Origin: Eledone cirrhosa
Taxonomy: Eukaryota
Length of the DNA stretch: 64,000 nt
Assembly (NCBI GenBank): GCA_964016885.1
Contig: OZ024743.1
Coordinates: 280,612,001-280,676,000 of the forward strand
Reading direction: 5' to 3'
Position 1 is the first letter of the stretch; each line of letters starts with the position of its first letter. A model generated the notes under the pieces. That model searched no databases. It was not told the origin of the DNA and saw only the letters and a list, made by a program, of their open reading frames with translations. The position numbers were made by a program, and so were the translations under genes. Of this stretch, positions 1-13,537 are shown in pieces.

Positions 1-1349
1 GACTATGATTCAATGGCTTCACAATCTTACTAACCATCAGTATGATGACTATGATTCAATGTCTTCACAATCTTACTAACCATCAGTATGATGACTATGA
101 TTCAATGTCATCACAATCTTACTAACTATCAGTATGATGACTATGATTCAATGTCTTGACAATCTTACTAACCATCATTATGATGACTATGGTTCAATGT
201 CTTCACAATCTTACTAACCATCAGTATCATGACTATGGTTCAATGTCTTCACAATCTTACTAACCATCAGTATGATGCCTATGATTCAATGTCTTCACAA
301 TCTTACTAACCATCAGTATGATGACTATGATTCAATGTCTTCACAATCTTACTAACCATTAGTATGATGACTATGATTCAATGTCTTCACAATCTTACTA
401 ACCATAACTATGATGACTATGATTCAATGTATTCACAATCTTACGAACCATCAGTATGATGACTATGATTGAATGTCTTCACAATCTTACTAACCATCAG
501 TATGATGACTATGATTCAATGTCATCACAATCTTACTAACCATCAGTAGCATGACTATGATTCAATGTCTTCACAATCTTACTAACCATCAGTATCATGA
601 CTATGATTCAATGTCTTCACAATCTTACTAACCATCAGTATGATGAATATGATTGAATGTCTTCACAATCTTACTAACCATCAGTATCATGAATATGATT
701 GAATGTCTTCACAATCTTACTAACCATCAGTATCATGACTATGATTCAATGTCTTCACAATCTTACTAACCATCAGTATGATGACTATGATTCAATGTCT
801 TCACAATCTTACTAACCATCAGTATGATGACTATGATTCAATGTCTTCACAATCTTACTAACCATCATTATGATGACTATGACTCAATGTCTTCACAATC
901 TTACTAACCATCAGTATGATGACTATGATTCAATGTCTTCACAATCTTACTAACCATCAGTATGATGACTATGATTCAATGTCTTCACAATCTTACTAAC
1001 CATCAGTATGATGACTATGATTCAATGTCTTCACAATCTTACTAACCATCAGTATGATGACTACGATTCAATATCTTAACAATCTTACTAACCATCAGTA
1101 TGATGACTATGATTCAATGTCTTCACAATCTTACTAACCATCAGTATGATGACTATGATTCAATGTCTTCACAATCTTACTAACCATCAGTATGATGACT
1201 ATGATTCAATGTCTTCACAACAATCTTACTAACCATCAGTATGATGACTATGATTCAATGTCTTCACAATCTTACTAACCATCAGTATGATGACTATGAT
1301 TCAATATCTTAACAATCTTACTAACCATCAGTATGATGACTATGATTCC
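1..1349. repeat. 46-bp tandem minisatellite (~29 copies, runs off window start)
   Basis: Unit GACTATGATTCAATGTCTTCACAATCTTACTAACCATCAGTATGAT repeated head-to-tail with scattered substitutions and no unique spacers. Confidence 0.97.
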
Positions 1350-1852
1350 AACTTACATGAGTTGTTTCGCTGTGTTCAATCGTATTCAACATGTCTTGTT
1401 ATATAACCAGACGTATCACTCAATCTTCTGTTTGGCAAGTCGCTTTCTTGTTTACAAAAATTCCAAACATTCATAATTTCTACGTTTACGTAAACTCTAT
1501 GGCTACGTTTTACATACAAACTTATTCAACATAAGTCAGGGAGCCCCCCCCCCCCCCCCCCCCCGTGATACGAAAATCCACACCTTAGTGTTGATATGCT
1601 TCTAGTATAGCGATTTGTATTCATTAACTTTACCACTTAACGTCTTCGTTCAGGCGATTTTTTACGAAAATGCCAAGATGATATAAGAATAATATTTCAA
1701 ATAAATTCCATTGGTCATCGCAGGTTAAGGTTACGCGTCTTAACGTTTGCGATCTTGATATGAAAGTTTACAAGAAAAATGATAACTCACAATTTATATA
1801 TGATGCTAGTATTTTTGGATTTTCTGCTTATGTCACTTTAGATATGTATATG

Positions 1853-2046
1853 TAGACCTGTCAACTCTCCCCATCCGACGGAGAGATCGCCCTCCCACTT
1901 TGGGGTGGGTGAGAGGTGTCTTCTCTTGTGAAAATGGATGTACCTTTCATTATGTAAAATCTCCCCATATGCCTCATTTCTCCCCGTTTTGGGGCACTTT
2001 TATTCATAGTACTCCCCATTTGGGTTTTTAGAGGTTAGCAGGTCTG
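1853..2046. mobile_element. Short MITE (hAT-like termini)
   Basis: Imperfect TIRs AGACCTGTCAACTCTC / GAGGTTAGCAGGTCTG; GTATATG present on both flanks as a probable TSD. Confidence 0.55.
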
Positions 2047-3180
2047 GTATATGACTCCAAGTATCCACAAATTTCCATTGCTTATTTTAGGCGAATAGCA
2101 TACCCGTACATATTTCAACTGGATCCGGTAAATGGATTAATTTGAAAGATAAAGACGGAATTTCTTCTTTGTAATTATGTGAATACCTCGCCTCTCGGTT
2201 TAAGACGTTAGTTAAATTAATATTTTATACCTCTCTGCGACACATATATTGCATATGTTTATTCTAACATTATACAGTTTAGCTTTCTCAACATTGATCC
2301 ATTTTAGAGACATTACTGATTCATTTATCATCAAATTGCCATATATATTGGGGTGGGGTTGGGGTTCTGGCTTATGATGTCGAGTGGAATTTAATTTAAC
2401 CCTGGATTTGAATAAATAAATCTAATTTACATCACGATTTTTTAGGGTATTTTCTATGAACTCTATATCAATTCCACCTGTTGCCTTTAAAAAGTACTTT
2501 CCATTGAGTGAACAGCTAAGTGTTTTTATATCACACCCAGTATCACCTTGGTTTTGCTACACAGCTAACACGATTTTTGGAGATTGGCGACGTTCGATGC
2601 TTACACTGAGATGACTGAACTTTGTTACCTAGTTCGTACCCGCACATCCACGTCTCATATCCAGTTATCATACTATTCAGTAAATCGGGACACTTGTCGG
2701 CAGTATTCGCCAAAATGAAAATGCGTCAAGTAGTTCCTCATACACTGAGTGACAGAAATCTACTGATGCATCAAACTAACTCTCCAAAATCCATGCACAT
2801 GTATGAATATATGCGGCTCCACTCTCCACACTTTTGTCTTTCAAACATCATGTTTCTCACGGGGAAATATAAAGACTGATAATTTTTCGACAAACATCGT
2901 CTACACATACACACACACATACAGACACACGCTCATTATAGATCAACATCCTCATCGTTTAACGTCCATTTTTCCATTCCAGCATGGGTTAGATGAGTTG
3001 TCCTGTAATGAAAAATGCCGGGTCAGGTGACCATGTGTATTTCATGCAGAAATGATTTTGGCTTTACAGTGTGTGCTGGGTGCTTTATGTCGTGACTTCT
3101 ACACGACCACATTATAGTGTGAGTTGGGTCTTTTTTGTCGTAACACCTACACGAGCAATTTACAGTGTGGGATGAGTGCT

Positions 3181-3888
3181 ATTGTCGCGTCGCCATCAGG
3201 ACCACTTTACAGTGTGGACTGCGCGCATTTTGTCGTGTCGCCATCAGGACCACTTTACAGTGTGGACTGCGCGCATTTTGTCGTGTCGCCATCAGGACCA
3301 CTTTACAGTGTGGACTGCGCGCATTTTGTCGTGTCGCCATCAGGACCACTTTACAGTGTGGACTGCGCGCATTTTGTCGTGTCGCCATCAGGACCACTTT
3401 ATAGTGTGGACTGCGCGCATTTTGTCGTGTCGCCATCAGGACCACTTTACAGTGTGGACTGCGCGCATTTTGTCGTGTCGCCATCAGGACCACTTTACAG
3501 TGTGGACTGCGCGCATTTTGTCGTGTCGCCATCAGGACCACTTTACAGTGTGGACTGCGCGCATTTTGTCGTGTCGCCATCAGGACCACTTTACAGTGTG
3601 GACTGCGCGCATTTTGTCGTGTCGCCATCAGGACCACTTTACAGTGTGGACTGCGCGCATTTTGTCGTGTCGCCATCAGGACCACTTTACAGTGTGGACT
3701 GCGCGCATTTTGTCGTGTCGCCATCAGGACCACTTTACAGTGTGGACTGCGCGCATTTTGTCGTGTCGCCATCAGGACCACTTTATAGTGTGGACTGCGC
3801 GCATTTTGTCGTGTCGCCATCAGGACCACTTTACAGTGTGGACTGCGCGCATTTTGTCGTGTCGCCATCAGGACCACTTTACAGTGTG
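3181..3888. repeat. 48-bp CpG-rich tandem minisatellite (~15 near-identical copies)
   Basis: Unit TTTGTCGTGTCGCCATCAGGACCACTTTACAGTGTGGACTGCGCGCAT; degenerate copies at ~3050-3180; explains ORFs 3124-4068, 3176-3982 and 3179-3877. Confidence 0.97.
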
Positions 3889-4115
3889 GGCTGGGGACAT
3901 GGGTGGACGATTTGTGTGGTGGATTGTGGAGGTGGATATTTGGACGTGTATAAGGGGCGGAGTGTTACAACGTGGGAGATAATGGATAAGGGTGGGGTAT
4001 ACACTAGATATATACTTCATCCTGTGCTCATGGAAGGTGTATGGAAGAGCGGGTTGGGGTGCAGGTGAAATATATACACACACACACACACGCACATATA
4101 TATATATATACACAG

Positions 4116-4216
<101 letters not shown>

Positions 4217-4478
4217 CATTGCAAAAACAAAAAATCGAAACACAATGTACATACTTATATAAATACACACATACGTACATATACGCGTATATCGCACCAG
4301 CTGAACTCCGATCAATCAGAGTTTTCTGCTAATGTATATCTTCCGTATCTACTCAGTCTTTCTAACAGAAAGTAGAACCACGTTATCAAATATGTGGTCT
4401 TTATTTAAAGCAGTAACCGTATATATCAGTGTCAGCATGTATATATATATAAATATGTGTGTGTGTGTGTGTGGAAGC

Positions 4479-4534
<56 letters not shown>

Positions 4535-4539
4535 AAAAG

Positions 4540-5100
4540 ATAACATGGATGATTGGTTACTCCTTCATTACATTTATTTGTTGGTGACGCGCGTTTCGCC
4601 ACTAATCAGCTCAAGGTTCGATCTGTATCGATCTTACCCGACTCTGTAATCTGCAGCTTGACGGACCCCTTAAAAATTTTAAGAAGTAAGATCGGGTAAG
4701 ATCGATACAGATCGAACCTTGAGCTGATTAGTGACGAAACGCGCGTCACCAACCAATAAATGTAATGAAGGATTAGCCAATCGTCCTTGTTATCTTTTCA
4801 CTATAATTGTTTCTACTTTAGACACAAGGCCAGCAATTACCCAGTGCATTACTGGTACTTTATTTTATCGACCTCGTAAGGATGAAAGGCAAAGTCAACC
4901 TCGGCGGGATTTGAACTCAGATCGTAAAGGGACGTAACTATGCTGGAAAGCATGGCGTCCGACCCTCTACCGATACTGCCGATCCACCGCCCTATCTTTA
5001 CACTATAATACACTCTGTATAGCTCTACACCTCGACACAGAAGTGAACCTAAACATCGAGTGCTCACCCGGGTAAACCTACAGTAACTCCAAGTTACACT

Positions 5101-5103
<3 letters not shown>
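4540..5103. mobile_element. Inverted pair of Penelope pLTR-like fragments between (TA)n tracts, interrupted by a SINE
   Basis: Arms ~4546-4641 and ~4692-4786 are reverse complements; GAAACGCGCGTC...AATAAA signature; uninterrupted homologue at 40030-40228 (minus). Confidence 0.65.
4808..4991 (-). mobile_element. tRNA-derived SINE with Nin-domain-like core
   Basis: Minus strand A box (TCGGCAGTATCGG) and B box (GAGTTCAAATCC), core GACTTTGCCTTTCATCCT...GGTCGATAAA; near-duplicate flanks TATCTT(T/A)CACTATAAT as TSD. Confidence 0.85.
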
Positions 5104-5152
<49 letters not shown>

Positions 5153-5328
5153 TTATATATTAAAAAGTGAGAACGATATATATATGCGTGTGTGTGTGTG
5201 TAATACATGTATATGCGTATATATATCAGATAGGGCGTGGTAAAAACCAGCTAGACTATAACTCATGGATGGAATTGGAAAAAAAATCTTTAGATAAAAA
5301 AAACAGGTCCATTCATGTTGATATCTCT

Positions 5329-5382
<54 letters not shown>

Positions 5383-5385
<3 letters not shown>

Positions 5386-5651
5386 GATATTAAACAAATG
5401 TAAACTATATTTATAAAACCATATTTATTTTATGATACATATTTTAGGGATACCATATTAAAAATATGGCATGCCTTCGTCAGATAAAATACAATATATA
5501 AACAGTTTTATAAATAGTTTTGACGTACCATAAATATGAGCGATCATTATGTAGGAAGCTGGTTTGTTTAATATCGTATATCTACTCCAAAAACTTGTCG
5601 AGTGCTTTATATCAGTTATAAAATATTTACTTGTTGTAACCCAACAACTTT

Positions 5652-5653
<2 letters not shown>
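5383..5653. mobile_element. Penelope pLTR fragments (minus then plus) with a degenerate hammerhead at 5427-5490 (minus)
   Basis: Homologous to 59900-60125; minus strand ATTTTAT-CTGACGA-stem II-(A)AAA-TATGTA-TC-ATAAAAT, with GAAA mutated; flanked by (TA)n. Confidence 0.7.
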
Positions 5654-5696
<43 letters not shown>

Positions 5697-5698
5697 AT

Positions 5699-5760
<62 letters not shown>

Positions 5761-5940
5761 TATGTAGTATCGCCATGTAAATCGGGAGGTGATCACTGTC
5801 GATAAAGGTACTCAATATTGTTTTATTATCTTCAGAAGTAGGAATCAGCGGGAAAGTGGATGATACCTTACTAATAAAACAGGTCTAATCTTGCAGAAGT
5901 TATTTCTATAATAAAATGTATCTTGTATGTATGTGTGTAC

Positions 5941-6035
<95 letters not shown>

Positions 6036-6269
6036 AATGTATGTGAAAAGTAAACGGAAACAACAAATCAAACAATACAGTACAATGAAAAAATATATTA
6101 TTTTAACGCTTGATATAGTAGAAAAAAGTCATTACGTTTCACACACTAGTCCTGCATCAGAAGATAGAATGTGAAATAGAAGATGAAATAGTAAGATAGA
6201 ACATGTGTGTTCGTGTGTTTATAAAACGAGAATTTCATACATATAAGCCTGTGTCGGCATTTACCTGTC

Positions 6270-6354
<85 letters not shown>

Positions 6355-6422
6355 TCTCTCTCTGGTGTTTTTTTTTCATTTTCCTGTCGACCCTATCTAA
6401 TCTCTTTCTCTATCTATCTATC

Positions 6423-7335
6423 TGGCATACCGAGTGTGCCCAGGCGCTCACGGCTCTCTGGCAGGCGGACCCGGCTGTCAGTGGAGAATCCACCTCGTCA
6501 TTCGATAGAGGGCTGGTGGTTAGCAGGTGCGACGACGCCCACGGAGAAGCCCTAGGCATTGGAGGAAGACGAACTGGCCAACCTGTTCGGTAGGACATTC
6601 AGGCCGGGACCCATGGATAACTTCCAGAGGTCCCTGGCTTGGCAGTGCTACCGAGGGGCTCTGCCCGTTCGAGAAAGGCTCTACAGACACGGGCGCACGG
6701 GTAGGGACCCCTCGAAAAAGATCTGTCCCAGATGCGTGTGCGACGAGGAAACCGTTGCACACGCATTGGTACACTGCTCGGGCATTGCCGATCTGTGGGG
6801 CTATGTCGAACAACTGCTGTCAAGGGTGGGACCGATCCGGTTGACCACCGAGTCTATTGTAACGATCAAGCCGCCTCCCCTCTTCAAAAACGAAGGAGAG
6901 GCGGTGTTTCTGTGCGTAATAGCCATGGCGAAAGAGGTTGTATGGTGGCGCGTCTGAAAGGACTGAGGTCAGACACTTTTCACTCTGGCCAACAACTGGT
7001 CCGTTTCTTCCGATATCAGGTGAATGGGCGTGTGAATGGGCCTTCACTCTACATCAGACTATAGGTGAGGAAGATGAAAGACCAAGGGAGCACCCCCTCT
7101 CTGTGCTCCTGAGGAGAAGAGTTGCACACTTTTTTCGGGGGTGTGTGCGACCCCCCAAGGCGCCTCCTCCCTATTGAGGATTTTGTTATAAAATTTATTT
7201 TGTTATATTTTATTTTATTTTTATACTTTTATATCTTGTTATTGCCTCCTCCATATTGAGGACGCCTTTGCATGTAAACTCCCCCCTTTGTACTTGTCCC
7301 ACTTTTGATGCCCTGGTGGCAAATAAAAAGAAAGT
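6423..7335 (+). mobile_element. 5'-truncated Tx1/L1-clade LINE (ORF2 C-terminus + 3' UTR)
   Basis: ORF 6559-6957 nearly identical to the C-terminus of ORF 48957-51578 (CPRC...ETVAHALVHC zinc-finger); AATAAA at ~7322; (TATC)n on both sides. Confidence 0.92.
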
Positions 7336-7399
7336 TATCTATCTATCTAACTATCTATCTATCTCTATATATATATACCTATCTACCTATCTATCTATC

Positions 7400-7468
7400 T
7401 TTTCCTTCGTCTTCTAATTCTATTTGCTTTTCTTTTTCTATTTTCTCCCCCTTTCTCCTCAAAGACCC

Positions 7469-7530
<62 letters not shown>

Positions 7531-7606
7531 ACTCGCTCTCTCACTCACTCTCTCTCTGATTTTTCTTCTTTTTTCAAAAATACCATTTCTTTCTCTATAT
7601 CGTCTT

Positions 7607-7686
<80 letters not shown>

Positions 7687-7814
7687 CCGCTCTCTTTCTT
7701 TCTTTCTTCCGCTCTCTATCAAATGTTTTCTCTCTATGTCGCATTACCATTTTTTCCTCTCAAGTTCCATTATAATTTTCCTTCCATTCTTCTTAAGTCG
7801 GCTCGCTCCGCCTT

Positions 7815-7849
<35 letters not shown>

Positions 7850-8094
7850 CTCTCTCTCTTTCTCTCTCTCTCCTTCATATTGCTTCCTTTCTTTTTGTTA
7901 TTTCAGTTCTCTCTATTCACTCCTACCCCTACCCCCTCTCCCCCTCACCCTTTACTCTTACGTGTTCTTGTTTTCTTTCTTTCATTTTCTCTTTCTTTAT
8001 CTTCCCTGTTTTAATATATTTTCTCTTGCGTGGCCGCTTCCCCATCATCCCCACACACTCTCTCTCTTTTTTCTCTGTAGAGTTCCCCTGTCCT

Positions 8095-8139
<45 letters not shown>

Positions 8140-8914
8140 CCCCTCTCACTGTTTCATAACCCCTCTCAATCAATTCGCCTCTTTCTCATTTTCCCTCTCC
8201 CTCTCTTTCCCTCACTCTCTCTCTCTGCCTCTCCTCCTCTCCCCCCTCCCATTCCCTCTCCCCCTCTCTCGCTCTTTCACCCTCCCTCCCTCTCGCTCTT
8301 TCACCCTCTCTCCCATTCTATCGCCGTCACTCTCTCCCTCCTCCTATTCCCCTCCCCTTTCTCTCTATGCATACTCATTTTCAAAATTTCTCTGTTCATC
8401 CCCCTCTCTCTAATTTTCTCTTTATACCAGTCTCCATCCCTCTCAAACTGTTCCCTTCTTTTTCACCCCTCTCGCTCTCTCTCTCTCTCTCTCTCCATCC
8501 ACCTCATTCTTACCATCTCACCCTCGCCCTCTCTATCAGTTTCTCCCCTTTTCTCTCTCGTTATGTCTGCATCTTTCTCAGTTTCCCTCCCTCTCTCTCT
8601 CTCTCTCTCTCTTTATATCTCTCTCTCTCTTTCTTTTTCTCTTTCTCAACATCTCTCTATATATCTGTATCGCACTCAGTCACTCTCTCTGTTCTTTTTG
8701 TGATATATATATATATGCTCTCTGTATATTCTCTCTATTTCACTGTCCCTTTCTCTCTTTCACTCTCTCTCTCTCTCTCATTCACTCTCTTTCACTCTCT
8801 TTCACTCTCTTTCTCTCTCTCTCACTCTTTATCTCTCTGCATGTCTATCACTCTCTCTATAATTCTTTCTCTTCTTCTCTATGCTCTTTCTTTCCCTCAC
8901 TTTCTCTCTTTCTC

Positions 8915-8957
<43 letters not shown>

Positions 8958-9020
8958 ATCTCCCTCTCTCTTTCTCTCCCTCTCTCTTTCTCTCCCTCTC
9001 TCTTTCTCTCTCCTATCTAA
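7400..9020. repeat. ~1.6-kb polypyrimidine / (CT)n-rich low-complexity tract
   Basis: Plus strand almost entirely C/T with many (CT)n runs. Confidence 0.95.
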
Positions 9021-9319
9021 CTATCTATATATATATATAGATATACATATATATATAGAGAGAGAGATATATATGTATATCTATGTTTCTCTGAGAGACA
9101 GAAAGAATCAACGAGACTGACGGGGAGGTCATCATTTTCTCTAATCAGCAGTATCCCAAGTTTCACCCGTTACTGGCCTATCTCTGTGTGCAACGCTTGG
9201 CCTCCATCAACATTATCTACCAATGCAGTTCCTATATCAAAGAATGCCGACACTTTGATGTTCAGCGCAAAACTTATTACTCTCTCACAACTCGGTGCGC
9301 CATTGAAAATTTCCTCCTG

Positions 9320-11695
9320 ACACCACCAGCACCCTCCTCACTACCACCACCATCACCAACAACAACATCATTATTATTATACTCACTCCCACATACCACC
9401 ATTACCACCACCATGCTACCACCGTTACCGCCATCACCAACAACAACGACATCATTATACCACCACATACTACCACTATCACCACCATTACCACTATAAC
9501 TACTATAACTATCATAATCACCACTATAACCGTTATAAATACCACGACCACCAACAACAATAACAACAACAACCACGCCATCATTACACCATCACATACC
9601 ATCACTACCACCACCATTACCATCACTACCACCAGCACTAGCACTACCATCACCACCAACAACAATAACAACAACAACCACGCCATCATTACACCATCAC
9701 ATACCATCACTACCACCACCATTACCATCACTACCACCAACACTAGCACTACCATCACCACCAACAACAATAACAACAACAACCACGCCATCATTACACC
9801 ATCACATACCATCACTACCACCACCATTACCATCACAACCACCAGCACTAGCACCACCACCATCATTAATATGCCACCACTTACCATCCACCAACACTAA
9901 CACCATTACACCACCAGCACCACCACCATCATAAACAACCCACTATAAATAAATACCAATAACAACACTACATTAAGATCAGCAACTCTATTATCACCAC
10001 TAATACTACTACCACTACTACCACTATTACTACCAGCACCACCACCATCATAATCACCATCAACACCATTACTACCGCCCTCACCACCATCACCACCACT
10101 GCTACCGCTCCCACCACCACTATCACACCATGACCACCAGGACACAATCACCTCCATCACACCACCACCACACCATTATCACCACCACCACTACCCCCCC
10201 CCCCACCACCACCAATCGCCACCATAACCAGCACCCTACCACTACCACCACCATCACCACACCATCACCACCACCACACCACCACCATCATCACCACAAC
10301 ACCGTCACCACACCATCAACACCACCACACCACCACCACACCATCACCACCACCACACCACTACCACACCATCACCACCACCACACCATCACCACCACCA
10401 CACCACCACCACACCATCACCACCACCACACAATCACCTCCACCACACCATCACCACCACCACACAATCACCTCCACCACACCATCACCCCCACCGCACA
10501 ATCACCTCCATCACACCATCACCTCCACCACACAATCACCACCACCACACCATCACCACCACCACACAATCACCACCACCGCACAATCACCTCCACCACA
10601 CCATCACCACCACCACACAATCACCTCCACCACACCATCACCACCACCACACAATCACCTCCACCACACCATCATCTCCACCACACCATCACCACCACCA
10701 CACAATCACCTCCACCACACCATCACCCCCACCGCACAATCACCTCCATCACACCATCACCACAACCACACCATCACCACCACCACACAATCACCTCCAC
10801 CACACAATCACCTCCACCACACCATCACCACCACCACACAATCACCTCCACCACACCATCACCACCACCACACAAACACCTCCACCACACCATCACCACC
10901 ACCACACAATCACCTCCACCACACCATCACCACCACCACACCATCACCACCACCACACAATCACCTCCACCACACCATCACCTCCACCGCACAATCACCT
11001 CCACCACACCATCACCACCACCACACCATCACTACCAATACGCCAACACCACCACCACACCACCACCACACAATCACCTCCACCACACCATCACCACCAC
11101 CACACAATCACCTCCACCACACAATCACCTCCACCACACCATCACCACCACCACACCATCACCACCACCACAGAATCACCTCCACCACACCATCACCACC
11201 ACCACACAATCACCTCCACCACACCATCACCACCACACACCATCACCACCACCACACAATCACCTCCACCACACCATCACCTCCACCACACCATCACCAC
11301 CACCACACCATCACCACCTTAACAGCACCAATACCTCCACCACCACCACTAATACCAGTACCACCACCTCCGTCACCACCCATCACTACCACCACTACCA
11401 CCACCACTACCACTACCACTACCAATACTACTTCTAGTAACAACAGTATTACCTCCACCATCACCACCTTAACAGCACCAATACCTCCACCACCACCACT
11501 AATACCAGTACCACCACCTCCGTCACCACCCATCACTACCACCACTACCACTACCACTACCACTACCACTACCAATACTACTTCTAGTAACAACAGTATT
11601 ACCTCCACCATCACCACCTTAACAGCACCAATACCTCCACCACCATCACCATTAATGGTATTAGAACCACCACTAATACCGGTGGTAGAGGTTGG

Positions 11696-11745
<50 letters not shown>

Positions 11746-12720
11746 GTGCTGCTGCTACTGTTGCTGGTGGTGGTGCTGGTGATAGAGATGAAGATCAAGA
11801 TTATCGTCGTCATCACCATCATCACCGCCATCACCACCACCGTCACCATCATCATCATCATCATCATAATCATCACCATCACCATCATCACCACCATTAC
11901 CACCTCCGTCACCATCATCATCATCATCATCATCATAATCATCACCATCGCCATCATCACCGCCATTACCACCTCCGTCACCATCATCATCATCATCATC
12001 ATCATAATCATCACCATTACCATCATCACCGCCATTACCACCTCCGTCATCATCATCATCATCAACATCATCATAATCACCATTATCACTATTATCAGGA
12101 TCAACATCATAACAACCCTCCACCCCACCTCAGCCGCCACCGTCACCACCACCTCAGCCGCCACCGTCACCACCACCTCAGCCGCCACCGTCACCACCAC
12201 CTCAGCCACCACCGTCACCACCACCTCAGCCGCCACCGTCACCACCACCTCAGTCGCCACCGTCACCACCACCTCAGTCGCCACCGTCACCACCACCTCA
12301 GTCGCCACCGTCACCACCACCTCAGCCACCACCGTCACCACCACCTCAGTCGCCACCGTCACCACCACCTCAGTCGCCACCGTCACCACCACCTCAGTCG
12401 CCACCGTCACCACCACCTCAGCCGCCACCGTCACCACCACCTCAGTCCCCACCGTCACCACCACCTCAGTCCCCACCGTCACCACCACCTCAGTCCCCAC
12501 CGTCACCACCACCACCACCACCATCATCATCATCACTACATCACTACCACCAACAATATCATTGTCGTCATCACCCCCATTAATATATTCAGCAACGGCA
12601 CCACTACTGTTACCATTGCAATCACCATCACCACCATCATCATTGTCATCATTGTAAGCATCATCATCATCATCATAATCAGCATCATTGTCATCATCAC
12701 CATTTTCATGACATCATCAC

Positions 12721-12762
<42 letters not shown>

Positions 12763-12893
12763 AGCCATCACCATCATCATCACCATCATCGTCGTTACCA
12801 TCATCATCATCATCATCATCAATGTCATCACCATCATCATCATCATCATCGCCGTCATAACCACCATCATCATCATCATCAACGTCGTCGTCG

Positions 12894-12930
<37 letters not shown>

Positions 12931-13060
12931 GACATCATCATCATCACCATGACATCATCATCACCATCATCCTCATCATCATCATCCTCATCATCATCAT
13001 CATCATGACATCATTATAATGGCCTTCATGCCCACCACTCCCACCACCATCATTACAACG
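9320..13060. repeat. CAC/CAT trinucleotide-derived low-complexity region with higher-order units
   Basis: ~120-bp units (9540-9860), ~150-bp units (11310-11650), 24-bp units CACCTCAGYCGCCACCGTCACCAC (12125-12505), (CAT)n and (GCT)n runs. Confidence 0.93.
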
Positions 13061-13370
13061 GTTTCTACCACACCTAACACCGCCGCCTTCACCGTCGCTG
13101 TATCGACAGCCGCCATATTCACACCACTAGCGCAACAACAACAATAATAAATCACCAAAGAATCGTAAGTCCGTTGCTTAAGTTCAATTGATGACGTCAG
13201 TACAAGTTGTTACGCATGGACGTTAATGGGTGTATGTATATGTCTATGTGCATCTATATATTGAGCTATATTTTTGTGCAGTATATGTGTACAGGTATAT
13301 ACCTGCATATAATACATATACGTGTGTGAGTACATGCATATCCAAATAGTGTATGTGTGTGTGTGTATAA

Positions 13371-13499
<129 letters not shown>

Positions 13500-13501
13500 C
13501 A

Positions 13502-13537
<36 letters not shown>

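Noticed and set aside
1-1349. 46-bp repeat array as CRISPR or snoRNA cluster (contains ATGATGA and TACTAAC)
   Set aside because: Contiguous units with no unique spacers, no cas genes, eukaryotic context; no box D partner on the same strand
3124-4068. 314-aa repeat protein ORF
   Set aside because: Product of a 48-bp minisatellite; several frames on both strands are open; TTG start; no splice evidence
6128-6168. Possible HHR on minus (CTGATGC…GAAACGTAAT)
   Set aside because: A9 mutated, and stems I and II do not pair convincingly
7424-9020. Leu/Ser/Phe-rich membrane-like ORFs
   Set aside because: Translation of (CT)n low-complexity DNA
10130-12764. His-rich and Thr-rich mucin-like ORFs (435, 369, 321 aa)
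   Set aside because: CAC/CAT repeats lack stops in multiple frames on both strands; no signal peptide or splice support. Cannot be fully excluded without RNA data
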